IMG/VR virus record: IMGVR_UViG_3300025885_000003
DNA: 64,000 nt
DNA from: an uncultured virus (IMG/VR IMGVR_UViG_3300025885_000003)
Taxonomy: Duplodnaviria; Heunggongvirae; Uroviricota; Caudoviricetes
Strand: one strand, 5' to 3'
The translations under genes and the position numbers were made by a program. The number at the start of each line of letters is the position of its first letter. The stretch's first letter is position 1. A model generated the notes under the pieces. That model did not search any database and had not been told where the DNA came from. It saw nothing but the letters and a program-made list of their open reading frames with translations. Below, in pieces: positions 47,823 to 55,814 of this stretch.

Positions 47823-48547
47823 TGCGCGTGTATCTGATCAGTAGACCGACGCTGGACTTTATCGAGTACAACCGATTCCTTGCGGATGAAGGATTACCGA
47901 AGGAGGCTGGCTACCACGTAGAACCTTCTAGCGATGGAGAGATGCTGGCAGAGATTGCCGGGCGTCTATGTTACATGAGCTACGGCAAAGGGCGCAAGAC
48001 TACGAAGGCATTCATTGAGCACATCGTTGACGTTGGCCACTTCTCGGTGCTTGAGCATGCTAATTGGACATTCATCTTCACGGGAGTCTCGCGGTCGCTC
48101 ACGCACGAACTGGTTCGACATCGGCACTTCAGCTTTAGCCAGTTGTCGCAACGGTACGTTGACGAGAGCAATGCTGAGATGGTCATGCCTGAGCTAGTCA
48201 AGGGTGATCTCATGGCCGAGTCTGCGGCGAAAGAAGCTTTCGAGACGACGCAGCATCTTTACAAGCATCTGGTTGGCTATCTGGAGACGCGCTTCAGAGC
48301 ACAGAACCCAGAGGCATCTGATGTCGAAGTTCGTAAGGCTGTTCGACAAGCCGCACGCTCCGTGCTGCCGAACGCGACCGAGACTAAGATCACGGTCACG
48401 GGTAACGCGCGAGCGTGGCGGGAGTTCATCCAGAAGCGCAAGCATCCGGCAGCGGATGTCGAGATCAGAGCACTGGCTACACTTGTACTGGACACACTGA
48501 AGAAGGAAGCTCCGTCAATCTTTGTCGACATGGGGGATGAAGCATGA
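47819..48547 (+). CDS. thyX: Flavin-dependent thymidylate synthase
   Basis: AGRLCYMS; GHFSVLEH; SRSLTHELVRHRHFSFSQLSQRY; ARSVLPNA; NARAW. Confidence 0.96.
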   Translation: MMRVYLISRPTLDFIEYNRFLADEGLPKEAGYHVEPSSDGEMLAEIAGRLCYMSYGKGRKTTKAFIEHIVDVGHFSVLEHANWTFIFTGVSRSLTHELVRHRHFSFSQLSQRYVDESNAEMVMPELVKGDLMAESAAKEAFETTQHLYKHLVGYLETRFRAQNPEASDVEVRKAVRQAARSVLPNATETKITVTGNARAWREFIQKRKHPAADVEIRALATLVLDTLKKEAPSIFVDMGDEA

Positions 48548-49419
48548 GTCGAGACCCGGAGAAGCAGCGTGCTGCTGCGCGTAAAAGTTACCAAAAACAC
48601 AGGAAGAAGGTACGAGAAAAGCAGGCAGCCAGATACCGGGTAGACATTGAAGTATCTCGTGCTCGCGGTCGGCAGGCAGCTAAGAAGTACAGAGACGATA
48701 ACCCGGGTAGTAACACGGCTGCGGTGCGTAAATACCGGCATGGCTGGACCGCGTTAGACGTTGAAAATCAGCTTATCCGACAACAGCGATCCTGTGCTGG
48801 ATGCCTTCTCCCAATTGATAGATCAGCACATTTGGATCATGACCATGAGACCGGAAGAATTCGCGGGCTTCTTTGCCCGCCATGTAACTTGGCTCTTGGG
48901 CAGTTGCGAGATAATCCGGCCACACTTAGGCGACTGATGGCCTACCTGGACCGCGATATCAGCAAGACTTTCATTTACCTTATCGGGGCACTTAAAAATC
49001 AACGCATTCCAGACGTGGGGAATCTTCTTCGGGCTGCAAATTACGATGTCATGGATGAGTGGTTCACGCCCGGAGAATTTGCTGACTCAAACTGGCAGGA
49101 ATACTCACGTAGGCGTGGGCTCACTTTCGTGGAAGCTCTGCGGGGACGGGCGGCTACGAATATTTTTCTCTTCGACCGATCGTACTTGGATATCTCAGAC
49201 ATTGTCGTCCTTGTTATGCCCGCCGGTAAATCAGCGATGCTTGAGCTTGGCTACGCAAAGGGGCGAGGGAAAAAGACAGTCATCTTTCTTGACGGGGCCG
49301 ACCCAGACCGGTATGATATCATGCCGAATTTCGCCGATGCCGTCTGCTTGAATGAAGAAGAACTGCTGGCCGTGCTCACTAAATTTTCACCGGAGAGGAG
49401 AGGTAACGATGGAGTTTGA
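48544..49419 (+). CDS. Endonuclease VII-like domain fused to a nucleoside 2-deoxyribosyltransferase-like domain
   Basis: HLDHDHETGRIRGLLCPPCN, then IYLIG…FDR…DIVVLVMPAGKSAMLELGYAKG.GK. Confidence 0.75.
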   Translation: MSRDPEKQRAAARKSYQKHRKKVREKQAARYRVDIEVSRARGRQAAKKYRDDNPGSNTAAVRKYRHGWTALDVENQLIRQQRSCAGCLLPIDRSAHLDHDHETGRIRGLLCPPCNLALGQLRDNPATLRRLMAYLDRDISKTFIYLIGALKNQRIPDVGNLLRAANYDVMDEWFTPGEFADSNWQEYSRRRGLTFVEALRGRAATNIFLFDRSYLDISDIVVLVMPAGKSAMLELGYAKGRGKKTVIFLDGADPDRYDIMPNFADAVCLNEEELLAVLTKFSPERRGNDGV

Positions 49420-49756
49420 AATCAAGGATAGTGGACAACGACAAAAATTCTCCACTGGTATGCAGCGCGACACACAAGCAGGCAAGGTACTATATGAGCT
49501 TGTCTTCGACGGTCCCATGATCGAGCGGTACGCAGCCCACCTGACAAAGGGCGCGGAGAAGTATTCGGCTCGAAACTGGATGCTCGCAGCAACTGACGAA
49601 GAGGAGCAACGATTCCGTGCCTCTGCTATTCGTCACTTCTTCCAGTGGCTTAGAGGTGACACAGACGAAGATCATGCTGCTGCCGTCTTCTTTAATATCA
49701 ATGGTGTCGAATACGTGAGAGAGCGTAAGCGTGGACCGGCCACTCCGCAAGTGTAA
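49409..49756 (+). CDS. dATP/dGTP diphosphohydrolase-like protein (DUF5664)
   Basis: KDSG.R..F.TG.QRD…GK..Y…GAEKYSARNW…SAIRH…DEDHAAA..FN. Confidence 0.82.
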   Translation: MEFEIKDSGQRQKFSTGMQRDTQAGKVLYELVFDGPMIERYAAHLTKGAEKYSARNWMLAATDEEEQRFRASAIRHFFQWLRGDTDEDHAAAVFFNINGVEYVRERKRGPATPQV

Positions 49757-50322
49757 CCAGTGCAAGGAGCCTGCAACAATCGGTACGCGCTGCTTCCGGC
49801 ACTACGTCCTGGTTCTTGCGCGCGAGCGTAACTTGCTGCGATACAAATGGTTCCGGTGGAGGATCGACAAATTCGTCTCGATGCTTCTCGGGCGATATCT
49901 GATTATCACAGGTGGCAGCGAACCGATTCCAGCGTGGGACTTGATCAAGTTAGTTTGGACGGACGATCCCAGACCCAACTGGACGCGCAGAAAAAATACG
50001 ACCGATCACCGCCCCCAAGGGGGTGGAATCCGGTCGCGTAGTGAACTACACTCATTGATCGCTGCTGTTGAGCAGCGCGCGAGGGAAGACAGACATGCGA
50101 GTGACAATTGCAGGTAAGAATATGGGGCCGATCTCGGGCTGGGATGGGGCGGTTGTTGTTAACGATAAATTTTACTGTGCTAAGGTGGGCGCACAATTTG
50201 AGACTCTTATCCTTGGTAGTCTCGGTTCTCTTCTTCCTGAGCAACTCCCGATCGGGACAAACATCCTTGTTACAATCACCGTAGAGGAGCCGACGCATGG
50301 ACAGGCAACTGCTCAGGGCTGA
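49731..50322 (+). CDS. Two hypothetical ORFs (49731-50117, 50095-50322)
   Basis: Overlapping coupled ORFs; the first has CxxC…CxxH. Confidence 0.45.
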
Positions 50323-50740
50323 ACTTATTCGGGATGAAGGTTGCCTTCTCGATGCGTACAAGGACACGATGGGTTACTGGACCATCGGTGTCGGGCATCT
50401 TCTCGGTACGTCGATGAGGATGGAGAAGATTACGCAAGCTGAAGCGGAAGCACTTCTCAATAGTGACATTGATGAAGCTATCGACCTCGTCTCTACCCTT
50501 GTTCCTTCTATTTGGCAGGTCAGTGCAACCGAGTTTATGGAGGAGCGCGAGCGTGCGCTTGTCAACATGGCATTTAATCTCGGGAATCGCCTACGTGGAT
50601 TCAAGAAATTTCTCGCTGCTGTAGACCGTCGTGATTGGACCACCGCCGCTGTTGAGATGATGGATTCAGTGTGGGCTAAGCAAGTCGGAGCACGGGCTGA
50701 CCGTCTTCGGCACATGATTTTGAAAGGGGAAACGCCGTGA
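50297..50740 (+). CDS. Lysozyme/endolysin (GH24, T4-like)
   Basis: DEG…YKDTMGYWTIGVGH; NMAFNLG; EMMDS.WAKQVG.RA.RL. Confidence 0.92.
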   Translation: MDRQLLRAELIRDEGCLLDAYKDTMGYWTIGVGHLLGTSMRMEKITQAEAEALLNSDIDEAIDLVSTLVPSIWQVSATEFMEERERALVNMAFNLGNRLRGFKKFLAAVDRRDWTTAAVEMMDSVWAKQVGARADRLRHMILKGETP

Positions 50741-51150
50741 AGGTAGGATTCGATCTGGACGGAGTACTGGACAGACCCGTACTGGCTACGCTCCTTCGTA
50801 CGTTACTCTCGGCCGGTGTCGAAGTCCACATCATCACGGGTACTTTTGACGAATCAGACTCTTGGCAGGGGCCACAGGCTAAGCGGGAGAAGCTTGCTCG
50901 TCTGAACATCCCGTATCGGGAATCTATCTCTCCGGTTCCTGGTCCTGGTCATCCTGCGACAGCAGTGTTCCACTGTCTGTACGCTGCGGATGAGCATTAC
51001 GGGCTGGAATACCGGTTGCGTGATCTTGGGATGCGGAAGGGCGCGCTGTGTGAGAAGTTGGGCATCACGCTGTTCCTAGACGATTCGGAGATTTACGCCA
51101 AGATGATCCCACTGATGTCTGGCGGCACAACCGTTCTTCATGTGAGGTAA
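50737..51150 (+). CDS. HAD-superfamily phosphatase-like protein
   Basis: FDLDGVLD; IITG; K…GITLFLDD. Confidence 0.8.
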   Translation: MKVGFDLDGVLDRPVLATLLRTLLSAGVEVHIITGTFDESDSWQGPQAKREKLARLNIPYRESISPVPGPGHPATAVFHCLYAADEHYGLEYRLRDLGMRKGALCEKLGITLFLDDSEIYAKMIPLMSGGTTVLHVR

Positions 51151-51152
51151 CG

Positions 51153-51278
51153 ATGGCCAGAACGATTGCACAGAAGTACGCGACAGGAAACTGTACTCAA
51201 AGAATGCTCACCGGAAAATACGGCGTTGCTCAACCAACGATCAGTAAACTTGTGCTGCGGCAGCGGAGGAACACATGA
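51153..51278 (+). pseudogene. 41-aa HTH remnant typical of HNH endonuclease C-termini
   Basis: YATGNCTQRML..KYGVAQPTISKLV; GAGGT SD. Confidence 0.45.
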
Positions 51279-51856
51279 GAATTATCGTCCTAGACGTAGA
51301 AACGGGTGGCTTCGATTCCACTACTGACTCGATCCTTTCCCTCGGCGCGGTAGTACTGGACGACGACGGTACCATCGTTGACTCGTTCCACACGCTGATC
51401 CAGGAAGAGGAAATCAACGCCAACGAGGGTGCGCTGAAGGTCAATGGTTTGACCATCGAACGACTCCGTGAGCAGGGCTTGTCGCCTCGGATGACGGTGA
51501 CGTTGTTTACTGAGTTCATACGGCGCAATAGCCTTCCCTCGCGGCCGACTCTTGCTGGACACAACATCGCGGGATTCGATATGGGCTTCATCCGGCGTCT
51601 GTATCGTCTGGCTGGCGCGCGGATGTCGTTCGATTATCATGTGCTCGATACCATGTCGGCTGCTCTGCTGTTGAAGTGGGCGGGCCGGTTGCCGGTAGCG
51701 AACGTGAAGCTGGACACACTGATCAAGCACTTCGATATCGTGGGTCGTGAGGGTGAGGAGCATAACGCACTCGAAGACGCGACGCTTACAGCGAAACTCC
51801 TGGTCGCACTCCGTGATATGTTCACAGTTGGCGCACTTGAGAACAAAACTACCTAG
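51275..51856 (+). CDS. DEDDh 3'-5' exonuclease (DnaQ-like)
   Basis: LDVETGG; GHNI.GFD; LDT; HNALEDA. Confidence 0.92.
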   Translation: MRIIVLDVETGGFDSTTDSILSLGAVVLDDDGTIVDSFHTLIQEEEINANEGALKVNGLTIERLREQGLSPRMTVTLFTEFIRRNSLPSRPTLAGHNIAGFDMGFIRRLYRLAGARMSFDYHVLDTMSAALLLKWAGRLPVANVKLDTLIKHFDIVGREGEEHNALEDATLTAKLLVALRDMFTVGALENKTT

Positions 51857-51964
51857 GAGGTAACTCATGGGTTGTGCAGTTGCAATTGTCGTAGGACTCG
51901 TCTGCGCGTTCCTCTTCATCGAGTTCGTCATGCCACTGTTCTTCCCTGTCCAGTGGCCTTGAGT

Positions 51965-52095
51965 TTGGGTTGACTACGCCCGTGAATCGGGCCTTGCCGC
52001 GAGGCTCTACGGGCTGGTACCGGTTCGCGAGACCGACTGTCGCATAGCATTACGGTGCTAGGGCAGTTCGGAGGAAGAGTAGAGTGTCAACCCAA
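51965..52095 (+). ncRNA. Candidate multi-branched structured RNA
   Basis: 10-bp closing stem and five internal helices, three capped by GCGA, GCGA and UACG tetraloops. Confidence 0.6.
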
Positions 52096-52097
52096 CA

Positions 52098-52146
52098 AAC
52101 ACGAAGCCCCGACTGCCTATCACTAGGCGGCCGGGGCATTTGTGTT
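52098..52146. terminator. Hairpin terminator where the two arms converge (possibly bidirectional)
   Basis: GCCCCG.CTGCCTA-tcac-TAGGCGG.CGGGGC with T-rich flanks on both strands. Confidence 0.65.
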
Positions 52147-52209
52147 GTTACGGATGAACTCGCCCAGGTGACTGGACGGGCTCAGGACTCCTCCCACGAC
52201 GTGGGTGAG

Positions 52210-52614
52210 CTATTTCGATGCAACTCCCTGGAGCTTCTCGACCGTGCGCATACCACCGAGGCCGAGCATTCCAACGAGTAGTGTAGTCAGGAGACTCACG
52301 TCCAGCATGACCATCTTGACTGGGTGCGCAGTCATCTCAGAACCCCACACGACGAGGGGACCTAGAACCATCTGGATAGCCAGAGCCGAACCGCAGACCC
52401 AACCGATAAACGGCCTCCATCCAGACACAAAGATGTTCGGATTCGCTGCCTCGATCTCGTTGATCTTGTTCTGCCCGGCGATGACCGCGAGGTCACCACT
52501 CTGCTCAAGTTCAGCGAGTTTCTGAATCGCTTCAGCCTTAGCCTTGGGATCGGGGATGACCTTGTCGAGAATCTTCGTACCGAAGCCGAGGAGGTCAAGA
52601 AGAGGAAATGGCAT
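52210..52614 (-). CDS. Holin, 3TM (GTA-type)
   Basis: LDKVIPDP; EA…FVSGWRPFIGWVCG; GMLGLGGMRTVEK. Confidence 0.88.
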   Translation of the reverse strand: MPFPLLDLLGFGTKILDKVIPDPKAKAEAIQKLAELEQSGDLAVIAGQNKINEIEAANPNIFVSGWRPFIGWVCGSALAIQMVLGPLVVWGSEMTAHPVKMVMLDVSLLTTLLVGMLGLGGMRTVEKLQGVASK

Positions 52615-52616
52615 CG

Positions 52617-52826
52617 TTACCTCTTATCTTTCGGTAGCGGTCCAAGCGGCTTACGTCCTGCACCGACGTTGACACTGACATAGTGTTCGAGAAAGAGGCC
52701 AACTGCGAGTACAGCAACTGCACCGTAACCGCCGTTAAATGGAAGACCCGCGAGGATCAGCCACGCCACTAGGGCGACGATTTCAATAGCAGTAAACAGA
52801 ATGACGCCTTTGAGTGCTTTGCTCAT
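52617..52826 (-). CDS. Small membrane protein
   Basis: Two hydrophobic segments. Confidence 0.6.
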   Translation of the reverse strand: MSKALKGVILFTAIEIVALVAWLILAGLPFNGGYGAVAVLAVGLFLEHYVSVNVGAGRKPLGPLPKDKR

Positions 52827-52975
52827 TACTTACCTCCCTTGATTTTCTTCCCTGCGTAACCGCTATTCTTCGTCAACTTCATCGGGGGAGCCTCGTGCTT
52901 GGGCATAGTCGCTTCTCCGAGTATCACATTCTTCGTGCGGTCCACCATATTCTGAATCGGGCTCTTACGTGCCAT
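52826..52975 (-). CDS. Small basic protein (MARKSPIQ…, 49 aa)
   Basis: Below the ORF-track cutoff; TAATG coupling at both ends; GGAGG SD. Confidence 0.6.
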   Translation of the reverse strand: MARKSPIQNMVDRTKNVILGEATMPKHEAPPMKLTKNSGYAGKKIKGGK

Positions 52976-53229
52976 TAGCGTTCCCTCCGTTCAAGAAGTC
53001 GGTCCAACTTGTGATTCATTTCTTTCTGTCCGTCTTTAATCTCAGTAATGTCATCACGTACAGTCTCAACTTTAGTCTCGACTACTGCAAGACGGGCATC
53101 CTGTTTCCACGATGAGACGCTTGACCATGTAGCCCAGGCGACGGTACTGGAGAGGATAAGACCGATGATAACCTGGATCAGCCACATCGGAACTTGCTCC
53201 ATGCTGCGGCTTAGTGCATTGTGAGTCAT
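52975..53229 (-). CDS. TM plus coiled-coil protein (holin/lysis-associated, putative)
   Basis: One TM segment followed by RLAVVETK…KLDRLLE. Confidence 0.6.
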   Translation of the reverse strand: MTHNALSRSMEQVPMWLIQVIIGLILSSTVAWATWSSVSSWKQDARLAVVETKVETVRDDITEIKDGQKEMNHKLDRLLERRER

Positions 53230-55814
53230 TGCTGCTCCCTCTCCGCGCGAGCGGCTTCCAACTTTTCCAGGATCGACTGCTTCCGCTTCTCACTTCCCTC
53301 CGGACGGGGCGGTGCTTCTTCCCTCGCGGCCTTGGCAATGGGTGCGGCTCGTTTGATCTCTTCTTGTGCTTCCTTAAGCTTCCGCCACGCATCGGACACC
53401 TGTGTCGGCGTGCCGTTGCGAATGGCCGTCTTCCACTGTGTCTTGGCCTGGGCCAGCTTCGCCTTGGCCTCGACCAGGGTCGCGTTCTGTAGCTGCGTAC
53501 CACGTCGAGCAGTCGGCGCGAAGGAGAGACCGAGCCAACGCTCAGCCGCTACCTTGGCTCCCTCGGCGGGTCCGTAGTCTGCGGCCGTCTGCGCCCCCTC
53601 GATACCGATGCGGGCGAGGGGAGAGATGCGCCCGAGACGTTCCTTCAGTGACATCTCGCGTCCTGTGTCAGTCTTACCGGACATGAGTTCCTTGACCACT
53701 TCGGGCGTCAGGAGCATCCCCGTGAAGTTCTCGGCTGCTTGTGCTCCGGCATCCTGTGCGAACTGAACTGGCGTATCCTTGCCGCTGATTACCCGCTGAA
53801 GGCGTGACGGAGTGTTGCCAAGCCCCGCGACCTGGGCCACCTGTTCGGGGACCCACCAGCGGAATCGGAGTACAACGGGAGCACCATTGATGTCACGGCG
53901 TACATGTGCCGGGTCCATCGGGTCCGGGACAATGATGTGAATTTGGCCACGCTCACGTTCGTGCAGCGCGTCTTCAACTTGCTGATACTCGGGGTTCTGA
54001 GTATTCCAAAGCATCGTGGCCGTGGGGACAGCAACCATAGCCGTCAGGGCTTTCACCTTGCCTGGGGCGTTCTGTGCGAGATTCATCGTGTTCAGGACCC
54101 ATTCTGTAGCCAGACCCTGGAACTGGATGAACGGTGCGATGAGACGCATCGCCGGAAAGGTCGCCCACTTCGGAGCACCGGCCCCGTAATGGAACGTAAT
54201 CTCACGGCCGACACGACCGAACTCAGCGGGGTTGTTCGACTGGGCAAAGGCTTCCATACCGGCCGCGATACGCGGAGCCAACTCGACAGCTTGCCGTTCC
54301 GCTGCGAGTACCTGGAACGGTGCTGCGAATTTGACCTGCATCGTCTGCCACCAGTTGTCATAGTTCTTCTGTGCTTCCGGCAGGTTCTTGAGAAGATGCT
54401 GCGGGATACTGGAACCACCAACGTCGTGCATGATCGTGCTGGCGGGCAGGCCCTGCTCTACTGCCATTTCCCATACGTCCACCGGCTGTCCGTTGATCTC
54501 AACGATTGTGCTTCCCTTTCCGAAGATACCACGGAAGGCGACTTTGTTCGCGGTGCCATACCACTTCAGGATGCCAAGCGGACTTACGCCCAACTCAGGA
54601 CCACGAGTCATAGCAACCATGAGGTCAGAGCCACGGTTGACGTTCGTATTACCGGGATTGTAGATGGTGAACTGCCGGGCGATCATGTTGCCCGCCTTGT
54701 ACAACTGCTGCTCGCGCGCGGTGTGCATTGACCGCTTGTAGCTCTTCAGAGCTTCTACGATAGGTGTCGGGAAGATGTGTCCCTGGTTCGCGGGAGGGAG
54801 TGCTTTCTGCGCGCCGAGGATGAACTGCTCCTCGGGCGTCTTCGGTTCGTATCCAATGTCACCGGGGCCAGGAAGGAACCGGGAGAAGCCCTTCGGCGGG
54901 TCCATGTGCGCAGGCACCTGATCGGTCAGGTTGATCGACTTGTCGGACTTGAGATCGAGCCACAGTTCGTGTTCAGCCACATGTCTGTGATACTGGGCCA
55001 TTGTCTCGCGCAGCATGTTGACAAGATTGGACTCGCGTTCTGTCTGACCCTCCCCTCGGTGCTTCAACATGGAGAGGAGATTGAGACGGAAGTCTTCTCC
55101 GGCTGCCTGAGTCGTAGCATCAGCCACGGCGTGGAGCTTACGGATCGGAGTATAGTCTTCGAGATAGCGTTCCGGTGTAAGCCAGCCACGAGACTGAGCA
55201 TCTCCGAAGAGCGCGTCCATTTTCGCGCGGTACCGCTTGTGTGCTTCAGCTATCTGCGGGTCGGCATCGACCTGAGCCTGGAGTTCGCTAACAACGCGCT
55301 CCCACTTCTCGATGGGCTCGCCCATAATGTCAGGTCTGCCATCACGCTTAGCTTGCGCCAACTCGTCTGAGGCCAGTAGGTGCTTGGCCCAGATCGTTGT
55401 CTGCTTTGGCGAGTCGATTTGCATGGGCTCCACGATCTTCGAAAGCTCGAAGTCCGCCATGTGCCCTGCACTCTCTTCCGCCTGCCGTGACCGTAGGAAC
55501 CGTGCCTGAAGGTCTTTCGGCAGATTCGGATCACGCTTGATCGCACCCCCAAGGAAGGTTTTGAGCGATTGGATACCATCCACGAGAGAGTTGTGCGGAT
55601 CGTACGTCATCTCAAGATGCTGTTCGACAGCCGGCTGTGACGTAACCTGGGGCTGGTTTGGACGCCGCGACATCGGCGGTTCAGCCGTGCGCAACTTCTC
55701 CATCAGCTTCGGAGCCCGCTCAGCCAGTTCAGGGACGGCTGGCTTGAACAGAGCTTCCCCCACCTGTTTCCCGGTCTCACCGAGAATCTTGCCGAACTCA
55801 CTGAACGATGGCAT
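53226..55814 (-). CDS. Large internal virion/ejection protein (C-terminal region possibly LPD38-like)
   Basis: 862 aa, helical; YTPI, E…RIA, T..Y, PF..F motifs; last of the ejection-gene run. Confidence 0.6.
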   Translation of the reverse strand: MPSFSEFGKILGETGKQVGEALFKPAVPELAERAPKLMEKLRTAEPPMSRRPNQPQVTSQPAVEQHLEMTYDPHNSLVDGIQSLKTFLGGAIKRDPNLPKDLQARFLRSRQAEESAGHMADFELSKIVEPMQIDSPKQTTIWAKHLLASDELAQAKRDGRPDIMGEPIEKWERVVSELQAQVDADPQIAEAHKRYRAKMDALFGDAQSRGWLTPERYLEDYTPIRKLHAVADATTQAAGEDFRLNLLSMLKHRGEGQTERESNLVNMLRETMAQYHRHVAEHELWLDLKSDKSINLTDQVPAHMDPPKGFSRFLPGPGDIGYEPKTPEEQFILGAQKALPPANQGHIFPTPIVEALKSYKRSMHTAREQQLYKAGNMIARQFTIYNPGNTNVNRGSDLMVAMTRGPELGVSPLGILKWYGTANKVAFRGIFGKGSTIVEINGQPVDVWEMAVEQGLPASTIMHDVGGSSIPQHLLKNLPEAQKNYDNWWQTMQVKFAAPFQVLAAERQAVELAPRIAAGMEAFAQSNNPAEFGRVGREITFHYGAGAPKWATFPAMRLIAPFIQFQGLATEWVLNTMNLAQNAPGKVKALTAMVAVPTATMLWNTQNPEYQQVEDALHERERGQIHIIVPDPMDPAHVRRDINGAPVVLRFRWWVPEQVAQVAGLGNTPSRLQRVISGKDTPVQFAQDAGAQAAENFTGMLLTPEVVKELMSGKTDTGREMSLKERLGRISPLARIGIEGAQTAADYGPAEGAKVAAERWLGLSFAPTARRGTQLQNATLVEAKAKLAQAKTQWKTAIRNGTPTQVSDAWRKLKEAQEEIKRAAPIAKAAREEAPPRPEGSEKRKQSILEKLEAARAEREQQ

